The notes: generated from the letters alone by a model not told the origin. A stretch of DNA of 64,000 nt from Eledone cirrhosa (GCA_964016885.1 OZ024741.1:182032001-182096000), one strand, 5' to 3'. Positions 27,240 through 42,134 are shown, counted from the first letter of the stretch. Program-made: numbers and translations.

Positions 27240-28330
27240 TTTACGAAATGGAAATGCGGGTATATAGAATTTATTAGGTAACAATTGTTTCTATAGTGTA
27301 TGAGTTACCTATACCTCGCTATTTGAATAATACACAAATATTATCAAAAACCGAAAGTACACTGTAAGCCAACACACCATGTCATCAGACCTTTGTATTA
27401 GAATGATATGAAAATATTTTATACACTAGATAAAAGATAAAGAAGGAGGTAGGAAGAGAAGGGGAAGAGGGAAGTGAGTAAGGTGGAGGGAGTCTTAGGG
27501 TTTAAGACTGTCAGACTAGTAGAGATTGTGAAGAGAGAATGTTTTGGCAGCAGTTAGCTTAATGAGGCGTGCTAAGGTTGGCTGGAAAGTAGATACTTCT
27601 AGTGGTGTTGTTCGGACAAAATTCAGTTAGAGGGGTCAAAGTGGTACAATGTCACAGACAAGTTATTAGGGCTATTATAGTAGCAGGTTATTTCTAAAGG
27701 GGTCCAGAAAAACAGTGTTTAGTACTATTATTATAGAAAGCCATATCTAGTGTATAAACATATAAAACAGAAATTTGCAAACGTTGGTGTAAAAAGGTAA
27801 CATTATATGCATTTAAAAAAAGAAAAAGTCGTTTTCAAACGATGGTTACAGTATAGAGAACGTTCAATTTTGCTGTTCAAAAGTTTGTTTACCGACGTTA
27901 AAATGCAGTATATCTCTAAGTTGCATAACTTGCAGAATCGATGATTTTGCTGATATGCAGGCGCAGCTGCAATAATTTGCCAATCAAGGGAGAACGCTTG
28001 ATTGTTCCTCCGAAGCTGCCAGGCTTTATCGGCGAGGGTTGTTACGGAGCGCATTTTCTCGTGCCTGATCGAAGATCGATGTTGGTATAGGCGAGCCTTG
28101 AAAGAAGTTGCGGTACATCCGACGTAATACCATTTGTTGGTCCCGGAATTTATTGTACACCGGTAGACAATATTGCGTGCTAGGCACTGGTTATTCAGTG
28201 GGCACGTACCTGGTTTGGTGCAGTTACAACTATTTTTATGTTTTGCAGTAGAATCCTGGATAGTTTGGTGGGGTTGTGGTTGCGTGTTAGCGCACCAGCA
28301 TAGCAACATGCAACTCACTGAGTCATTAGG
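27240..28330 (-). mobile_element. Penelope-like element fragment, second family (GIY-YIG 27803-~28260 + 3' UTR)
   Basis: CNCTKPGTCPLNNQCLARNIVYRC...YYVGCT..SFKARLYQH...CKLCNLE...LLNSKIE...CNHR. Confidence 0.88.
27276..27392 (-). ncRNA. Type I hammerhead ribozyme in PLE 3' UTR
   Basis: AGGT-CTGATGA-(C)ATGGTGTG...TACACTAT(A)-GAAA-CAATTG-TT-ACCT: stem I AGGT/ACCT, palindromic CAATTG, GUU site. Confidence 0.78.
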
Positions 28331-28345
28331 TACTAGCAGTGAAAC

Positions 28346-28401
<56 letters not shown>

Positions 28402-28418
28402 GTTACTAGCAGTGAAAC

Positions 28419-28474
<56 letters not shown>

Positions 28475-28602
28475 GTTTCACTGCTAGTACCGGTTGCATC
28501 TCAGCGTACTCAATAGGTAGACATACACGTCTGTTGATTGAAATTGATTAGTGTCATGTAATGTCACAATAAAAATTCAAACTTATGAACTGCATCGTAT
28601 AG

Positions 28603-28965
28603 CGTTCTTCTTCTTTGTCTTCGACTACTTATTCGTGCGTGGATCGTGGGGACAGAGTCTTCAAACATGACTTCCAGCGAATCCTGTCTGAAGCAAACCT
28701 CTCCAATTGATCCGACCAGATCCCCGAGCGAAACCAGCCGAGCTAATAGAATTTATCCAACCAGCCGTGGGTCTTCTACCAGTTGGGTTAGCCCGTAAAA
28801 TATGTCCATCGATTCCTTTCTTCAAATATTCTAACCCCATGCCGTAGTATCGGAGCTACACACTCTATCGAGTAACGTTACATCAAAGACCCTTCGGAGG
28901 AATCCCATTTCAGTCACTTGTATTCGTGATCGGATATTTTCGGTCATTGCCCGAGATACATGACG
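28603..28965 (-). mobile_element. RTE-type LINE 3' fragment with (GAA)n tail
   Basis: RIQVTEMGFLRRVFDVTLLDRV C-terminal motif; TTCTTCTTC at 28605-28614. Confidence 0.7.
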
Positions 28966-29261
28966 ATTGGTAAGGGTTTTTACGAATACTAAATTGAAGA
29001 TATGGGAATCGGGGACAGAGATGCGCAACTGATTTTGGTGTTGTCTCTGATATCTTCGATACTGTGCTGGGTATTCTTATGAGGAGAAATGAACTGTCAA
29101 CTGCTTGCCATCGAGTCATCTGCAACCTGGGACTACCTAAAGGTGTGAAAGCCCACAAGTGGGAGACGGTGGCAGATAAAGGATGTCAGGACAAGGTATT
29201 TATATATAGGTATATATTTATATATATGGGTGCGTGTGTGCAGTCACTTTATAGGTTTTAG

Positions 29262-29640
29262 TTGATTGACAGTATCGGTAGAGAGTCGGACACCATGCTT
29301 TGACGCATAGAGTTACGGCCCTTTCCATTCTGAGTTCAAACCCCACCGAGGTCAACTTTGCCTTTCATTCTTACGGGGTCGATAAATTAAAGTACCAGTA
29401 ATGTACTGGGTGATTGCTAGCCTTGTGCCAAAAGTAGAAACAATTATATTACGGTGGATTGGCAGTATCGGTAGAGGGTCCGACGCCATGCTTTGACGCA
29501 TAGAGTTATGGCCCTTGCCAGTCTGAGTTCAAATCCGGCCGAGGTTAACTTTGCCTTTCATCCTTACGGGGTCGATAAAATAAAGTACCAGTAATGTACT
29601 GGGATAATTGCTGGCCTTGTGCCAAAATTAGAAATCATTA
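29262..29640 (+). mobile_element. Two tandem full-length tRNA-derived SINEs
   Basis: Two complete head-core-tail units (29262-29447, 29452-29640). Confidence 0.9.
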
Positions 29641-29876
29641 TATTACTATAGGTAGCACTAGTTTAAGCACATATTTCTATTTCGATGTTCTATGCGTTTG
29701 ATAAGCCAATCGGCACTGGAGTCATGGCCCATCACTTCCTCCGGTTGCAACGTTTTTTGAAATATTCACTTCTGCGTTCACAGATTGACTTTGTTAGTTT
29801 CAGAAGATCTCGTTAAGGGTGAAAGCAGCGATTCATTACTTAAACTTTAATCTGTTATTTTAATATATATATATAT

Positions 29877-30770
29877 TTCGTTTCTGAATTTGTTTAGCAA
29901 GATTCTTTATCTGAAAACGTGTGTTGAAACCGATATTGTTATACTTTGGGAGGGTCATGTTGCCAATAAGAAACACACGCACCAGGTGCGTTCACTTCAA
30001 TTTATTATAATAAATTTATAAATTTAGGAATTTATAAATTTCCGGTTGGTTGGTTGGTTCCACAACCAGATGATTGTTTATATATTCTCAAAGTTCTTTC
30101 GTCACACATTATGTGACCTCTTCAGTGACTGGGGATTATTTTCTTTGTTTTGTGCCTCTCCTTTGTTCTGTCCTACGCCATCTTGTTTTTGTGTGTGTGT
30201 TGTGTGCTTAGTTTGCGCATGTTACATCCAGATGTCTGTGTGTGTTTTTATTTGTTCATTTATTTGTTCATTTATTTGTTTATTTATTTGTTTATTTATT
30301 TGTTTATTTATTTGTTTATTTATTTGTTTATTTACATGTTACTGGTTGGTTGTTTGTACTATATGTGTGTGTTTTCATTTTGTCCACAATTTTAAGTTGT
30401 GATGTTGCTATTCCATTCATGTTGCTATTCCATTCATGTTTTCTATTTAATTTTGGTTGGAGTTCATTTATGTTTATTGCCTCTGTGATTTGTCTAAACA
30501 TTGCGTCTTTTCTGTGTATAGATTTTATTTTTATTTCTGTGTTCTCTAATTTGCCGTTATGTTCTATTTTGAAGAGATCACAGAATGTGTAACGAAAGAA
30601 TCAACCGGAAAATTATAAATTAAAAAAAAAAAAAAAATGTTATTTATAATAAATTGGAGTGAAAGCAACTGGTGGGTGTGTTTCTTATTGGCAACATGAC
30701 CCTCCCAAAGTATAACAATATCGGTTTCAACACACGTTTTCAGATAAAGAACCTTGCTAAACAAATTCAT
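29877..30770. mobile_element. Insertion with ~150-bp inverted arms carrying hammerhead-like cores (probably PLE pseudo-LTR derived)
   Basis: 29886-30045 is inverted at ~30602-30769; hammerhead on - at 30088-30128 and a degenerate core on + at ~30569-30600; (TA)n flanks. Confidence 0.75.
30088..30128 (-). ncRNA. Minimal type I hammerhead ribozyme candidate
   Basis: TCA-CTGAAGA-G-GTCACA...TGTGAC-GAAA-GAAC-TT-TGA. Confidence 0.62.
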
Positions 30771-30773
30771 ATG

Positions 30774-30833
<60 letters not shown>

Positions 30834-30841
30834 CCAGTAAG

Positions 30842-30935
30842 ACCCCGACAGCTGAGCTCAAGCCGTTTCGACGGCTAATTCTGGACTAAATGAAAATTTA
30901 TCCTGGTATTTAAATACCCGATCTTCTCAAGGGGT
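30842..30935 (-). ncRNA. Hammerhead ribozyme, family A (one stem II mismatch)
   Basis: Copy of 6438-6531, with ATACCCG in place of ATAGCCG on the + strand. Confidence 0.72.
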
Positions 30936-31171
30936 AATTCCATATATGGTCAAAGTGATTGTCAAAAATCAGTAGTAATTCTGTGGTTGCAAATTAGTAG
31001 GGGAGATGGTGGCTAAACCTGCCAGTAGGAGAAAGAGGGGAGGGGTGGAGTAGACCCAATCAAGCGTTGGTAGTGCCAGCTACAGCTGGGCATGAGGTCA
31101 AAGAAGATACAGGGGAGGGGGAGGGGGGGGAAGTCGGAACGGTAGGTAGAACAATGGGGGGTAGAAATAGG

Positions 31172-31203
<32 letters not shown>

Positions 31204-31786
31204 AAAAAATACTGAGAGTGAAGAAAGGCAAATAAGTGTAAAGAAAAGTAAAGTAAATTAAATTCTACGACCTAGGTGTCAGGCTATTGTTAGGCGAGAA
31301 TAAAATAAAGAAAGACTGAAAGAAGTAAAAAAATATAAATAAATGAATAAATAAGGAAATAAGTAAGAGAACTAGGTGGGACGGATTAAGCAAAGACCCT
31401 TTTAAGAGGTATAAGTACGTAAATGATACGGTGACGGGTCAACAAAAGGGGCCGAAATACTAAAGAGACTACCACGAAATAAACAATAAAGGTTTCCATC
31501 CCGGGCCCGCAACGACCCAGTGCAGCAAAGTGAACTTGTACGAGATAATAATTCTGAGTCCCGAGAAAAATATATACTAAAGCTAACTCTAAAAGATCTA
31601 AAACAAGCTACATGAAAGTTCGTACGAAATAAAGGTAGAAAACGGAGAAATAAATTCAGAATCCACCCCGCCCAGAAGAAAAGCGAAGCAAGAAATACTG
31701 AAACGAAAAAATAAGGCATAAGTGCCACTAAGAAATATAGAGGGCACAGAGAATAGTGGGAGCGGTCGGAAAGAGGGGGCAGTTAA

Positions 31787-32841
31787 TCCGGAAACAATTA
31801 ATCAGATTCTTCCGCGACTGGGGATTTAAAATAACCCTACAAACGTCCCTGACCCGAGTAAACTTCCTGGACGTAACCCTCGACCTCGAAAACGACCTGT
31901 ACTACCCATACAGGAAACCTAATGACAATCTGCACTACATCCACCGCCGATCAAACCATCCTAGGAACATCACAAACAACCTGGTCAAAAACATCTCCCT
32001 CCGCATATCCCGTTTGTCAGCTAATGAGCGGATATTCGATGAACATGCGCCTTATTACAACCAGGCCCTCAAGCGGAGTGGTTTCCGGGAGGAAATATCC
32101 TACTGTCCAGCTCCCATTAGCGGAACCAGCAGGAGACACCGCCGCTCACGCAATGTAACATGGTTCAATCCTCCCCACAACGCAGAGGTGACTACTCCCA
32201 TCGGGAAACTATTCTTTAGGCTCATTGAAAAACACTTCCCATTACAACACCGCTACCACAACATAATTAACAAAAATACCATCAAACTCTCTTACAGCAC
32301 TACACCAAACTTCGCACAAAACATCGTCTCCTCTAACAACAAAAAACTCAACCCCGATGGCAGAAATAACCTAATTAGCAGTGGAGAACCGACCAGGTAG
32401 TGTAACTGCCCGGATAGATCTATTTGCCCACTCGACAATAGATGCAGAGACCGTAATGTGATCTACCAGTGCAACGTGAGGACGGATACCTCCAACAAAG
32501 CCTATATAGGACTTACCGCATGTGACTTCAAGACCCGGCTATACCAACATAGACATACCTTCCGAAACCCGGCCCGGCGTCACGCCACTACACTTTCGGG
32601 CCACATATGGGACCTCAAGGACAACAACATCACCTATGATCTCACTTGGAGATTACTGTCCAGAGCCAATTCTTACACGGGAGGACGCCGTCCGTGCAAT
32701 TTATGCTCGGAGGAAACTTTACAAATGCTGTTTTCGACGGACCAACTCCTAAACAAGAAAGATGAACTGGTTACTGCATGTAAACATAGATTGCGTAGGA
32801 CTTACCTCGCCCTCAAACCCCATAATGACCCGGGGGGGTAG
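31787..32841 (+). pseudogene. PLE ORF fragment (RT C-terminus, TAG at 32398-32400, GIY-YIG)
   Basis: ORFs 31756-32400 and 32458-32841 are in the same frame, separated by one TAG; same protein motifs as copy 1. Confidence 0.9.
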
Positions 32842-33959
32842 ACTAGGGCTATAACACCCCAGTTGCCGATTTTGCAATAGGTAACCCCTGCTTGCCAAGG
32901 AAGACGTAAGATCTTCTTTGTATTCTTTTATCGCTTCCTTTATTTCCTTCCCCCCTCTCCCCTTTGTCCTTCTACCCCAGCTCTTCTCCTTTGTCGGCGT
33001 CTTTTCTCGCCCACCCGAGGCTGCCCTTTGGCCCCATGTAGCCTTAGTACCCCCACCCCCCTCCCCTAGTCTTTGATAGATTTGGCGGACTCCGCCCTTT
33101 ATAGCAGTTGGCTTAGACCCCGGATACTTGCCCCCTCTTTCCGACCGCTCCCACTATTCTCTGTGCCCTCTATATTTCTTAGTGGCACTTATGCCTTATT
33201 TTTTCGTTTCAGTATTTCTTGCTTCGCTTTTCTTCTGGGCGGGGTGGATTCTGAATTTATTTCTCCGTTTTCTACCTTTATTTCGTACGAACTTTCATGT
33301 AGCTTGTTTTAGATCTTTTAGAGTTAGCTTTAGTATATATTTTTCTCGGGACTCAGAATTATTATCTCGTACAAGTTCACTTTGCTGCACTGGGTCGTTG
33401 CGGGCCCGGGATGGAAACCTTTATTGTTTATTTCGTGGTAGTCTCTTTAGTATTTCGGCCCCTTTTGTTGACCCGTCACCGTATCATTTACGTACTTATA
33501 CCTCTTAAAAGGGTCTTTGCTTAATCCGTCCCACCTAGTTCTCTTACTTATTTCCTTATTTATTCATTTATTTATATTTTTTTACTTCTTTCAGTCTTTC
33601 TTTATTTTATTCTCGCCTAACAATAGCCTGACACCTAGGTCGTAGAATTTAATTTACTTTACTTTTCTTTACACTTATTTGCCTTTCTTCACTCTCAGTA
33701 TTTTTTTTTTTTTTTTTTTTTTCCTATTTCTACCCCCCATTGTTCTACCTACCGTTCCGACTTCCTCCCCCTCCCCCTCCCCTGTATCTTCTTTGACCTC
33801 ATGCCCAGCTGTAGCTGGCACTACCAACGCTTGATTGGGTCTACTCCACCCCCTCCCCTCTTTCTCCTACTGGCAGGTTTAGCCACCATCTCCCCTACTA
33901 ATTTGCAACCACAGAATTACTACTGATTTTTGACAATCACTTTGACCATATATGGAATT

Positions 33960-34053
33960 ACCCCTTGAGAAGATCGGCTATTTAAATACCAGGATAAATT
34001 TTCATTTAGTCCAGAATTAGCCGTCGAAACGGCTTGAGCTCAGCTGTCGGGGT
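33960..34053 (+). ncRNA. Hammerhead ribozyme, family A
   Basis: Same sequence as 6438-6531. Confidence 0.78.
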
Positions 34054-34550
34054 CTTACTGGTTCCTATTACCCACTCTACTACCTCAAGTATTGAGTACT
34101 TTGGTGCGTTATGGTCCACCTGGTTCCTTACCACATTTCCTTCGTTATATATATATATATATATATTAGATCGTTCGGTCGAGTTATACGTACTCATAGA
34201 GCACTTTGTAATAATAAAGTTTAGAGTAGACACATCAAATTCTGTTACTTTCAATTCAGCTGTCTTATTTATTAGATGTTTTTATAGTCCTATTCTCTTA
34301 ACACATTCTTGAATTTGTTAGAAGCATTTTAACATCATAGTGTAGCAGGTCTAGCGCAACTTGTTATTCGCTTCAACATCTTCGTTTAGCCATGTTGAAT
34401 CGTTGAACATGGCAATCAATGAAAACTTTATGTTGCTTGGTGATTAGCTGTTATGCCATCGCTTCATTATTTGGAAGTTAGCTCACCATACGTCACCTCG
34501 TTTGTTTAATGATCAGCAAATTTATATCTATATATCTATCTATATATATA

Positions 34551-35022
34551 TCATCATCATCATTTTACGTTCGCTTTTCCCTGCTTGCAAGAGTTGGACG
34601 GGTCCTATTCAGCACATCTCTCCACTTGTCACGGTACTTCGTCATCTCCTCGGTGAGTTTCAGCGATCTGAGGTCTGCTCTCACCACCTTCGCACATGTT
34701 TGTCGTGGTCTACCTCTACTGCGTCTACCTTCTACTGGGATTTCTTGGCACTTCTTTACACAGCGGTCATCCTCCATGCGCATCACATGTCCATACCATC
34801 TCAGCCTTTTCTCTCGGATACCACAACTTATCCCTCTTATACCCAGTTTCTTTCTCAACTCGTCTATGCTTGGTCGTTCACGAACATTGACATTGCACAT
34901 CCAACGGAGCATACTTGCTTCATTTCTGTCCATCCGTCGCATATCCCCTGCAGCTCCTGCCCATGTCTCACTACCATGCAGTATCGCGCATCTCACACAT
35001 GCATCATATAACCGTCCTTTCG
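34551..35022 (-). mobile_element. RTE-type LINE 3' fragment with (ATG)n tail
   Basis: LHGSETW, EASMLRWMC, REKRLRWYGHVMRM, GRRSRGRPR; same family as 36490-38427. Confidence 0.9.
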
Positions 35023-36090
35023 TATATATATAGTAATAATAATAAATGTGAAGACTAAAATCCCAAGAGCGCTCGATAAGAATAAATATAAATCAAATAT
35101 ATAAGAACCCTAGAGCAAATATTTATTAAAATAACAGATTAAAGTTTAAGCAAAGAATCGCTGCTTTCACCCTTAACGGGATCCTCTGACCCCCCTACCC
35201 CCACCCCCCACCCCAAGAAAAAAAATCAATCTGTGAACGCAGAAGCAAATATTTCGAAAAACGTTGCAACCGAAAGAAAACAGGAAGACGATACTTTGGT
35301 TCGCGAAGACGTTCCCTGGCAATGAACCGAAAAAAGCGAAGATAATAAGTCGTTATGTGTAGCGTTGAGAACAATTAAACGCAAAGACAAAACCACGTTT
35401 ATGGTATAAATGGAGTCATTAGACTAATATTCTATTTAGGAAACCGAATGATTCTCTGCTTCGGAGTTAAGAATAATTGTTTCTATTTTAGGCACAAGGC
35501 CAGCAATTACCCAGTACATTACTGGTACTTTATTTTATCGACCCCGTAAGGATGAAAGGCAGAGTTAACTTCGGAGTTAAGAATAATGTAAATAAATTAG
35601 TTGAACCAAAATGACAGAGGTTATTAAAATCATAAAAGTAATTAATTGTTTCTACTTTTAGCACAAGGCCGGCAATTACCCAGTGCATTACTGGTACTTT
35701 ATTTTATCGACCCTGTAAAAGTAATAATAATTAAATTGTTTGTTTTTATATTTTTTACACGACTGTATGTAAAATTCCCGGCATGTCTTTGTATTGTCCC
35801 CTTTCTTGTTGCGCCCTTGCGGCTAATAAAGAAATCAATAATTAAATATATACATACACATATCTATAAGCGTACATACACGTGCATACGCGAAAACACA
35901 CGCAATGCATGCATATAGATGCACGTACACAAACACGTGCACACGTACGTAAACGGGCACGGCAAATCTACCCGCACACATACGAACGTATACCCCCAAA
36001 ACACATATAAATATGTGTGTGTGTATACATATAATTATATATACATATATAAATATACACGCATAAATGCGAGTTTAACGCGCGCGCGCG

Positions 36091-36248
<158 letters not shown>

Positions 36249-36414
36249 CAGTCAAATACACATATGTTCACCAAACGTACATATACCAAAACCCTAATAC
36301 ACACCATACATACGTGCAAACACACATACACACTCATACATACCCATATATAAAGGGGGAAAGCAGCGATTCTTTACTTAAACTTTAATCTGTTATTTTA
36401 ATAAATAATTTATT

Positions 36415-36469
<55 letters not shown>

Positions 36470-36489
36470 GAATTGGTCTAGCAACCGAA

Positions 36490-38427
36490 TAGTTACATAT
36501 GTATAGATAAAGTTATATACGAAAAAGTTATATCTGAATGCATAAAGAGTCTATAATCGAGACTGCAACAGTGTTTATGTAAATATTTAATACACAGCCG
36601 CTAAGAGAGAAGCTAGACGCCAGGTGTACTTATCACGCAGGGAGGCTGAGAGGGAAGATCAGAGGCGTGCCGTGTTCCGCATTGAAAAGCAGTGTGTCAG
36701 TGTGAATCAGGACGTTGTTGGAGATAAGTGTGTCCGGAATGATGCCAGTGTACTTAGTGTCACGAATGATCAAAAGAAGGAGGCCTGAGAATGTCATTAT
36801 GAGAGGCTGATGAATGTAGAGAACGAATGAGACAGAGAGGAATTACCCCCAGTAGACCTGACAGAGGGACCAGCTATTGAGATTGACGAATATAGGGTAC
36901 AAGAGGCAATTAAGGAAATGAAGTATGGTAAGGCTGCTGGACCGTCGGGGATTGTTGCTGAGATGCTGAAGGCATCAGGAGACGTAGGCACTAAACTAGT
37001 TGCACGCATCATTAATCAAGCTATATATGATGGTGTAATGCCCAAAGTCTGGTGCAGCAGTATTCTCATAAATTGTTACAACGGTAAAGTAGATGCTCTA
37101 GAGAGGAGCAATTACAGGGGCATAAAGCTGATGGATCAGGTTATGAAAGTGGCAGAGATAATAGTAGCGCAAGTGATTAGAGAAAGGGTGAATTTAGATG
37201 AGATACAGTTTGGTTTTGTGCATCGGAAAAGTACAACAGATGCCCTCTTCTTAGTGAGGCAACTACAAGAGAGGTTCTTAGAGAAGAATAAGCCTCTATA
37301 CTTAGCTTTTGTTGGCCTAGAGAAGGCCTTTGATAGGGTACCCCGATCTGTCATCTGGTGGTCACTAAGGAAACTAGGTGTAGAGGAATGGCTTGTGAGG
37401 ACAGTGCAGGCTATGTACAGGGGTGCTGTCAGTAAAGTGAGAATTGGAATGGAGTTTAGTGAGGAATTCCAGATACAAGTAGGTGTATATCAAGGTTCGG
37501 TCATCGGCCCACTCTTGTTCATTATAGTCCTCCAAGCTATAACAGAGGAGTTTAAGACTAGATGCCCATGGGAACTTCTCTATGCTGATGATATGGTTCT
37601 TATAACAGAATCAGTAGAGGAGCTGGAGAATAAATTCCAGCTATGGAAACAGCAGTTGGAATCAAGCGGCCTGAGAGTGAACATAGCTAAAACAAAAGTG
37701 TTGATAAGTAGAAGAGAGGACAATACTCTGATTCCATCAGGAAAATGGCCATGTTCGATATGTAGGAAAGGAACTGGCATAAATTCCATAAAATGTACGC
37801 AATGCAGATCTTGGGTACAGAAGATGCAGTGGAATAGCAGGCAAACTAACAGGTAGGGAAAACTACGTATGCAGTAGATGTACAGGGAAAGTTGACAGTA
37901 GTAATCGCTGTGATAGACTCATTTTTCCAATGCAGGTGGGTTCTATAGAAGTGGTTGATAGCTTCCGGTACCTAGGTGATCAGATTAGCATGGGAGGGGT
38001 GTGTGCCGAGGCTATAGTATCTGGAATAAGGACGGGTTGGAAGAAGTGTAGGGAGCTGCTTCCTCTGTTGACGAAAGGACGGTTATATGATGCCTGTGTA
38101 AGATGCGCGATGCTGCATGGTAATGAGACATGGGCAGCAACTGCTGAAGACATGCGACGGCTGGAGAGAAATGAAGCAAGTATGCTCCGTTGGATGTGCA
38201 ATGTCAATGTGCGTGAACGACAAAGCATAGACGAGTTGAGAAAGAAACTGGGTATAAGAGGGATAAGTTGTGGAAGTCCTAGTGGAGGGAAGACGCAGAC
38301 CTCAGATCGCTGAAACTCACCGAGGAGATGACGAAGGACTGTGACAAGTGGATACATGCTGTGCTGAATAGGACCCGTCCAACCCTTGCAAGCAGGGAAA
38401 AGCGGGCGTAAAATGATGATGATGATG
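36490..38427 (+). mobile_element. RTE-type LINE, 5'-truncated and decayed
   Basis: KAAGPSGI, NYRGIKL, QFGF, AFVGLEKAFDRV, GVYQGS, LLYADD, FRYLG, LHGNETW; ends in (ATG)n. Confidence 0.92.
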
Positions 38428-38904
38428 TATGTAAACATACCAGAAAATACAAAATTCCCTGAAAATTTGTATTTTCTGATCGACACCTTTAATTGAATTT
38501 TTGACATATATGAGCCCTCATCAAAAGGCGCGTATTTCATTCAAACAACCACATGTATTTGGTGGGCTTATATACCCATTCACTTTTAGTGTTATTCTGA
38601 AATGGATGTACTAATTTGCATATAAATAGCGCTCGTGCTGGCAAGAAATTAAAATATATAAGGAGTACACTAGGAGCCGAAATGTACAATAAAACTATAT
38701 CTGTATACATTCAAAATGTGTAACCTCAACTGCACCAATGTGTATATAAATATACACATATTTGATATGCAGACACGTAAACATGCCAGAAAATACGAAT
38801 TTCCTGTAAATTGAACAAAATGATAAACAATATTTATTGGGAGAGTTTTTTTTCGTTATTTAAAATTTCCTTATTAATCATTGTTCGTCATCTCAAGTCT
38901 GTTC

Positions 38905-39172
38905 GAAGCCAGAGGTTCATCTGGCCGGAGTTGATTCCGGTTTCATTAGCGTTAAACGACTGGGAGTATATGACACCCCCTGGACAGATGCCAGTTTATC
39001 ACAGGGTTAAGCCCCAGCTCCTGCTACTGCTGCTACTGCTGCTGGTACCCATTTTCAGCTGAACTCATGAGAGCCACATGAAATTTAAGTGTTTTTTTTT
39101 TACAAGAACACAACGCAAAACCCGGTTCAGAAATCGAACCTCCGATATCGCGATTGTAAGTTCAGCATCCAG
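38905..39172 (-). mobile_element. tRNA-derived SINE of a second family
   Basis: Minus-strand B-box GGTTCGATTTC, followed by GTGTTCTTG...CAGCTGAAAATGGGTACC. Confidence 0.6.
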
Positions 39173-39227
39173 AGTATAGCACCTAGATATATTCATTTAT
39201 AGATAATAATAATTTATATTTAATGGA

Positions 39228-39455
<228 letters not shown>

Positions 39456-39990
39456 GTATATATATATATTTATATATATACGCGTTATTAGAAAAGCAAA
39501 GCAAATTTGTTGATGTTCAAATGTTCAATAAATGTATCACTGAACATCAACAAATATGTCTTGTTTATCTAATAACCAGTACATATATTACTCTGTGGAT
39601 TATTCATATTTGACGAATTTATCACACTTCGTAACAAAATTCATGCCAACCATGTATTTTCGATAAACATTTCCGTTGACTGCATGTGTGATTATGTGTG
39701 TATATAACAAACACCACAAACAAAAGATCAATACAAATACAAAGTCATTATATTAGTTTCATCCTTACGGGGTCGATAAAATAAAGTACCAGTAATGTAC
39801 TGGTTATTTGCTGGCCTTGTGCCAAAAGTAGAAACAATTATATTAGTTTGATAGTTAACTTTGCCTTTCATCCTTACGGGGTCGATAAAATAAAGAACCA
39901 GTAATGTACTGGGTGATTGCTGGCCTTGTGCCAAAAGTAGAAACAATTATATTAGTTTGATATAGTCGCATGAATATATATATATATATA

Positions 39991-40190
39991 TAGGAAATTG
40001 TTCAAGGCCCCGACGCCAGAGCTCAAGCCGTTTCGACGGCTGTTTCTGAGTCCAGAAATAGCCGTCGAAACGGCTTGAGCTCTGCCGTCGGGATCTTGAA
40101 CAATTTCCTATTACTCACTCTACTACCCTAAGTATTGAGTACTCTGGTGCGTTATGATCCACCTGGTTCCTTACCACCCTTCCTTCGTTA
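39991..40190 (+). mobile_element. Mini hairpin-plus-tail element related to the PLE family A terminus
   Basis: Palindrome 39991-40110 of the 3' half of hammerhead A, plus an 80-nt tail homologous to 6546-6625. Confidence 0.88.
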
Positions 40191-40256
40191 TGTATATATT
40201 TAAATATGAAGAGATTGTTTGGCGAGCTCACCCTAGAGCATCCTACATACAATTGA

Positions 40257-40695
40257 CTATGGGAGAATCACTGATCTCGTAGCTCTATCGCGGAGAAGCT
40301 CTGTAGACGTTGATCTCTGGACACTCCTGTCAGGAGCAGGTAAGCTGTAGTGACTTAGAAGCCTACCACCAATCTCCAGGACACTGTTTTCAAGATAAAT
40401 GAGTGCCGCATTGAAAACGGCATCGTATGTTACGTTCGGATTTCGTCTGCGTGTGCGGTAGAGGATGTCCTCAGCTAGACTTTCGCGGTGGTTGTTCCAC
40501 ATTGCGAGAGGGTCGGCAAGATCGCAGCTGAGAAGGGACTTTAGCAGTTGCTGCTTCTTGCAGGGTGAGGTGCCAATCGCTGTCATCGTGTAACATACCA
40601 CGCATCTGGCAAGCCAAACGGTGAGTGGAACATTGATGGCCATTGATGGTTCTCAGATCTTGGAAAGACAGTGGTCCTCTAACATCGTGGACCAA
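40257..40695 (-). pseudogene. Helitron Rep/Hel internal fragment
   Basis: VRGPLSFQDLRTING...ACQMRGMLHDD...LQEAA; PLAMWNNHRESLAEDI. Confidence 0.85.
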
Positions 40696-41150
40696 ATAAA
40701 TATGTTTGCATACACAAAAACAAAAACCTATCTGTACACGAATATATATATTAAAATAACAGATTAAAGTTTAAGCAAAGAATCACTGCTTTCACATTTA
40801 ACGGGATTTTCTGAAACTTAAAATCTCAGTCTGTGAACGCAGAAGTAAATATTTCGAAAAACATTATCTAATGCAGACAGCCAGACATACAGACTAAGAA
40901 AAAGAGGGGAATGTTGTGCGACGTCATAAGAAAAAGTGAGGAATGACGTATAACCGGAAGTGTTGTCATTTGAAATGTTAAAGAAGTGAATATTTAAATA
41001 ATGTCTTTAATCTTTTAACAAAATTCAGTAGACAAAAATACCCTCACGTTTTTACTTGGAAAAAGTTACATCTATGGTGAAAATTTGGTGCTGTTTGGTC
41101 CAGCCGATGGGCGGAAAGTTTGTTACCTACATACGGCCGTCAGCTTTATA

Positions 41151-41185
<35 letters not shown>

Positions 41186-41194
41186 TACATCTAT

Positions 41195-42134
<940 letters not shown>

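Larger units (their letters stand above)
30831..34147 (+). mobile_element. Penelope-like retroelement, copy 2 (5'-truncated, ~950-bp inverted pseudo-LTR)
   Basis: 30831-31779 is the reverse complement of ~33130-34063; ORF remnant 31787-32841 nearly identical to copy 1; (TA)n flanks. Confidence 0.93.

Noticed and set aside
29742-29862. Ribozyme in the repeat also found at ~35126, ~36358 and ~40751
   Set aside because: Clearly a dispersed TA-associated repeat terminus, but no catalytic core could be identified.
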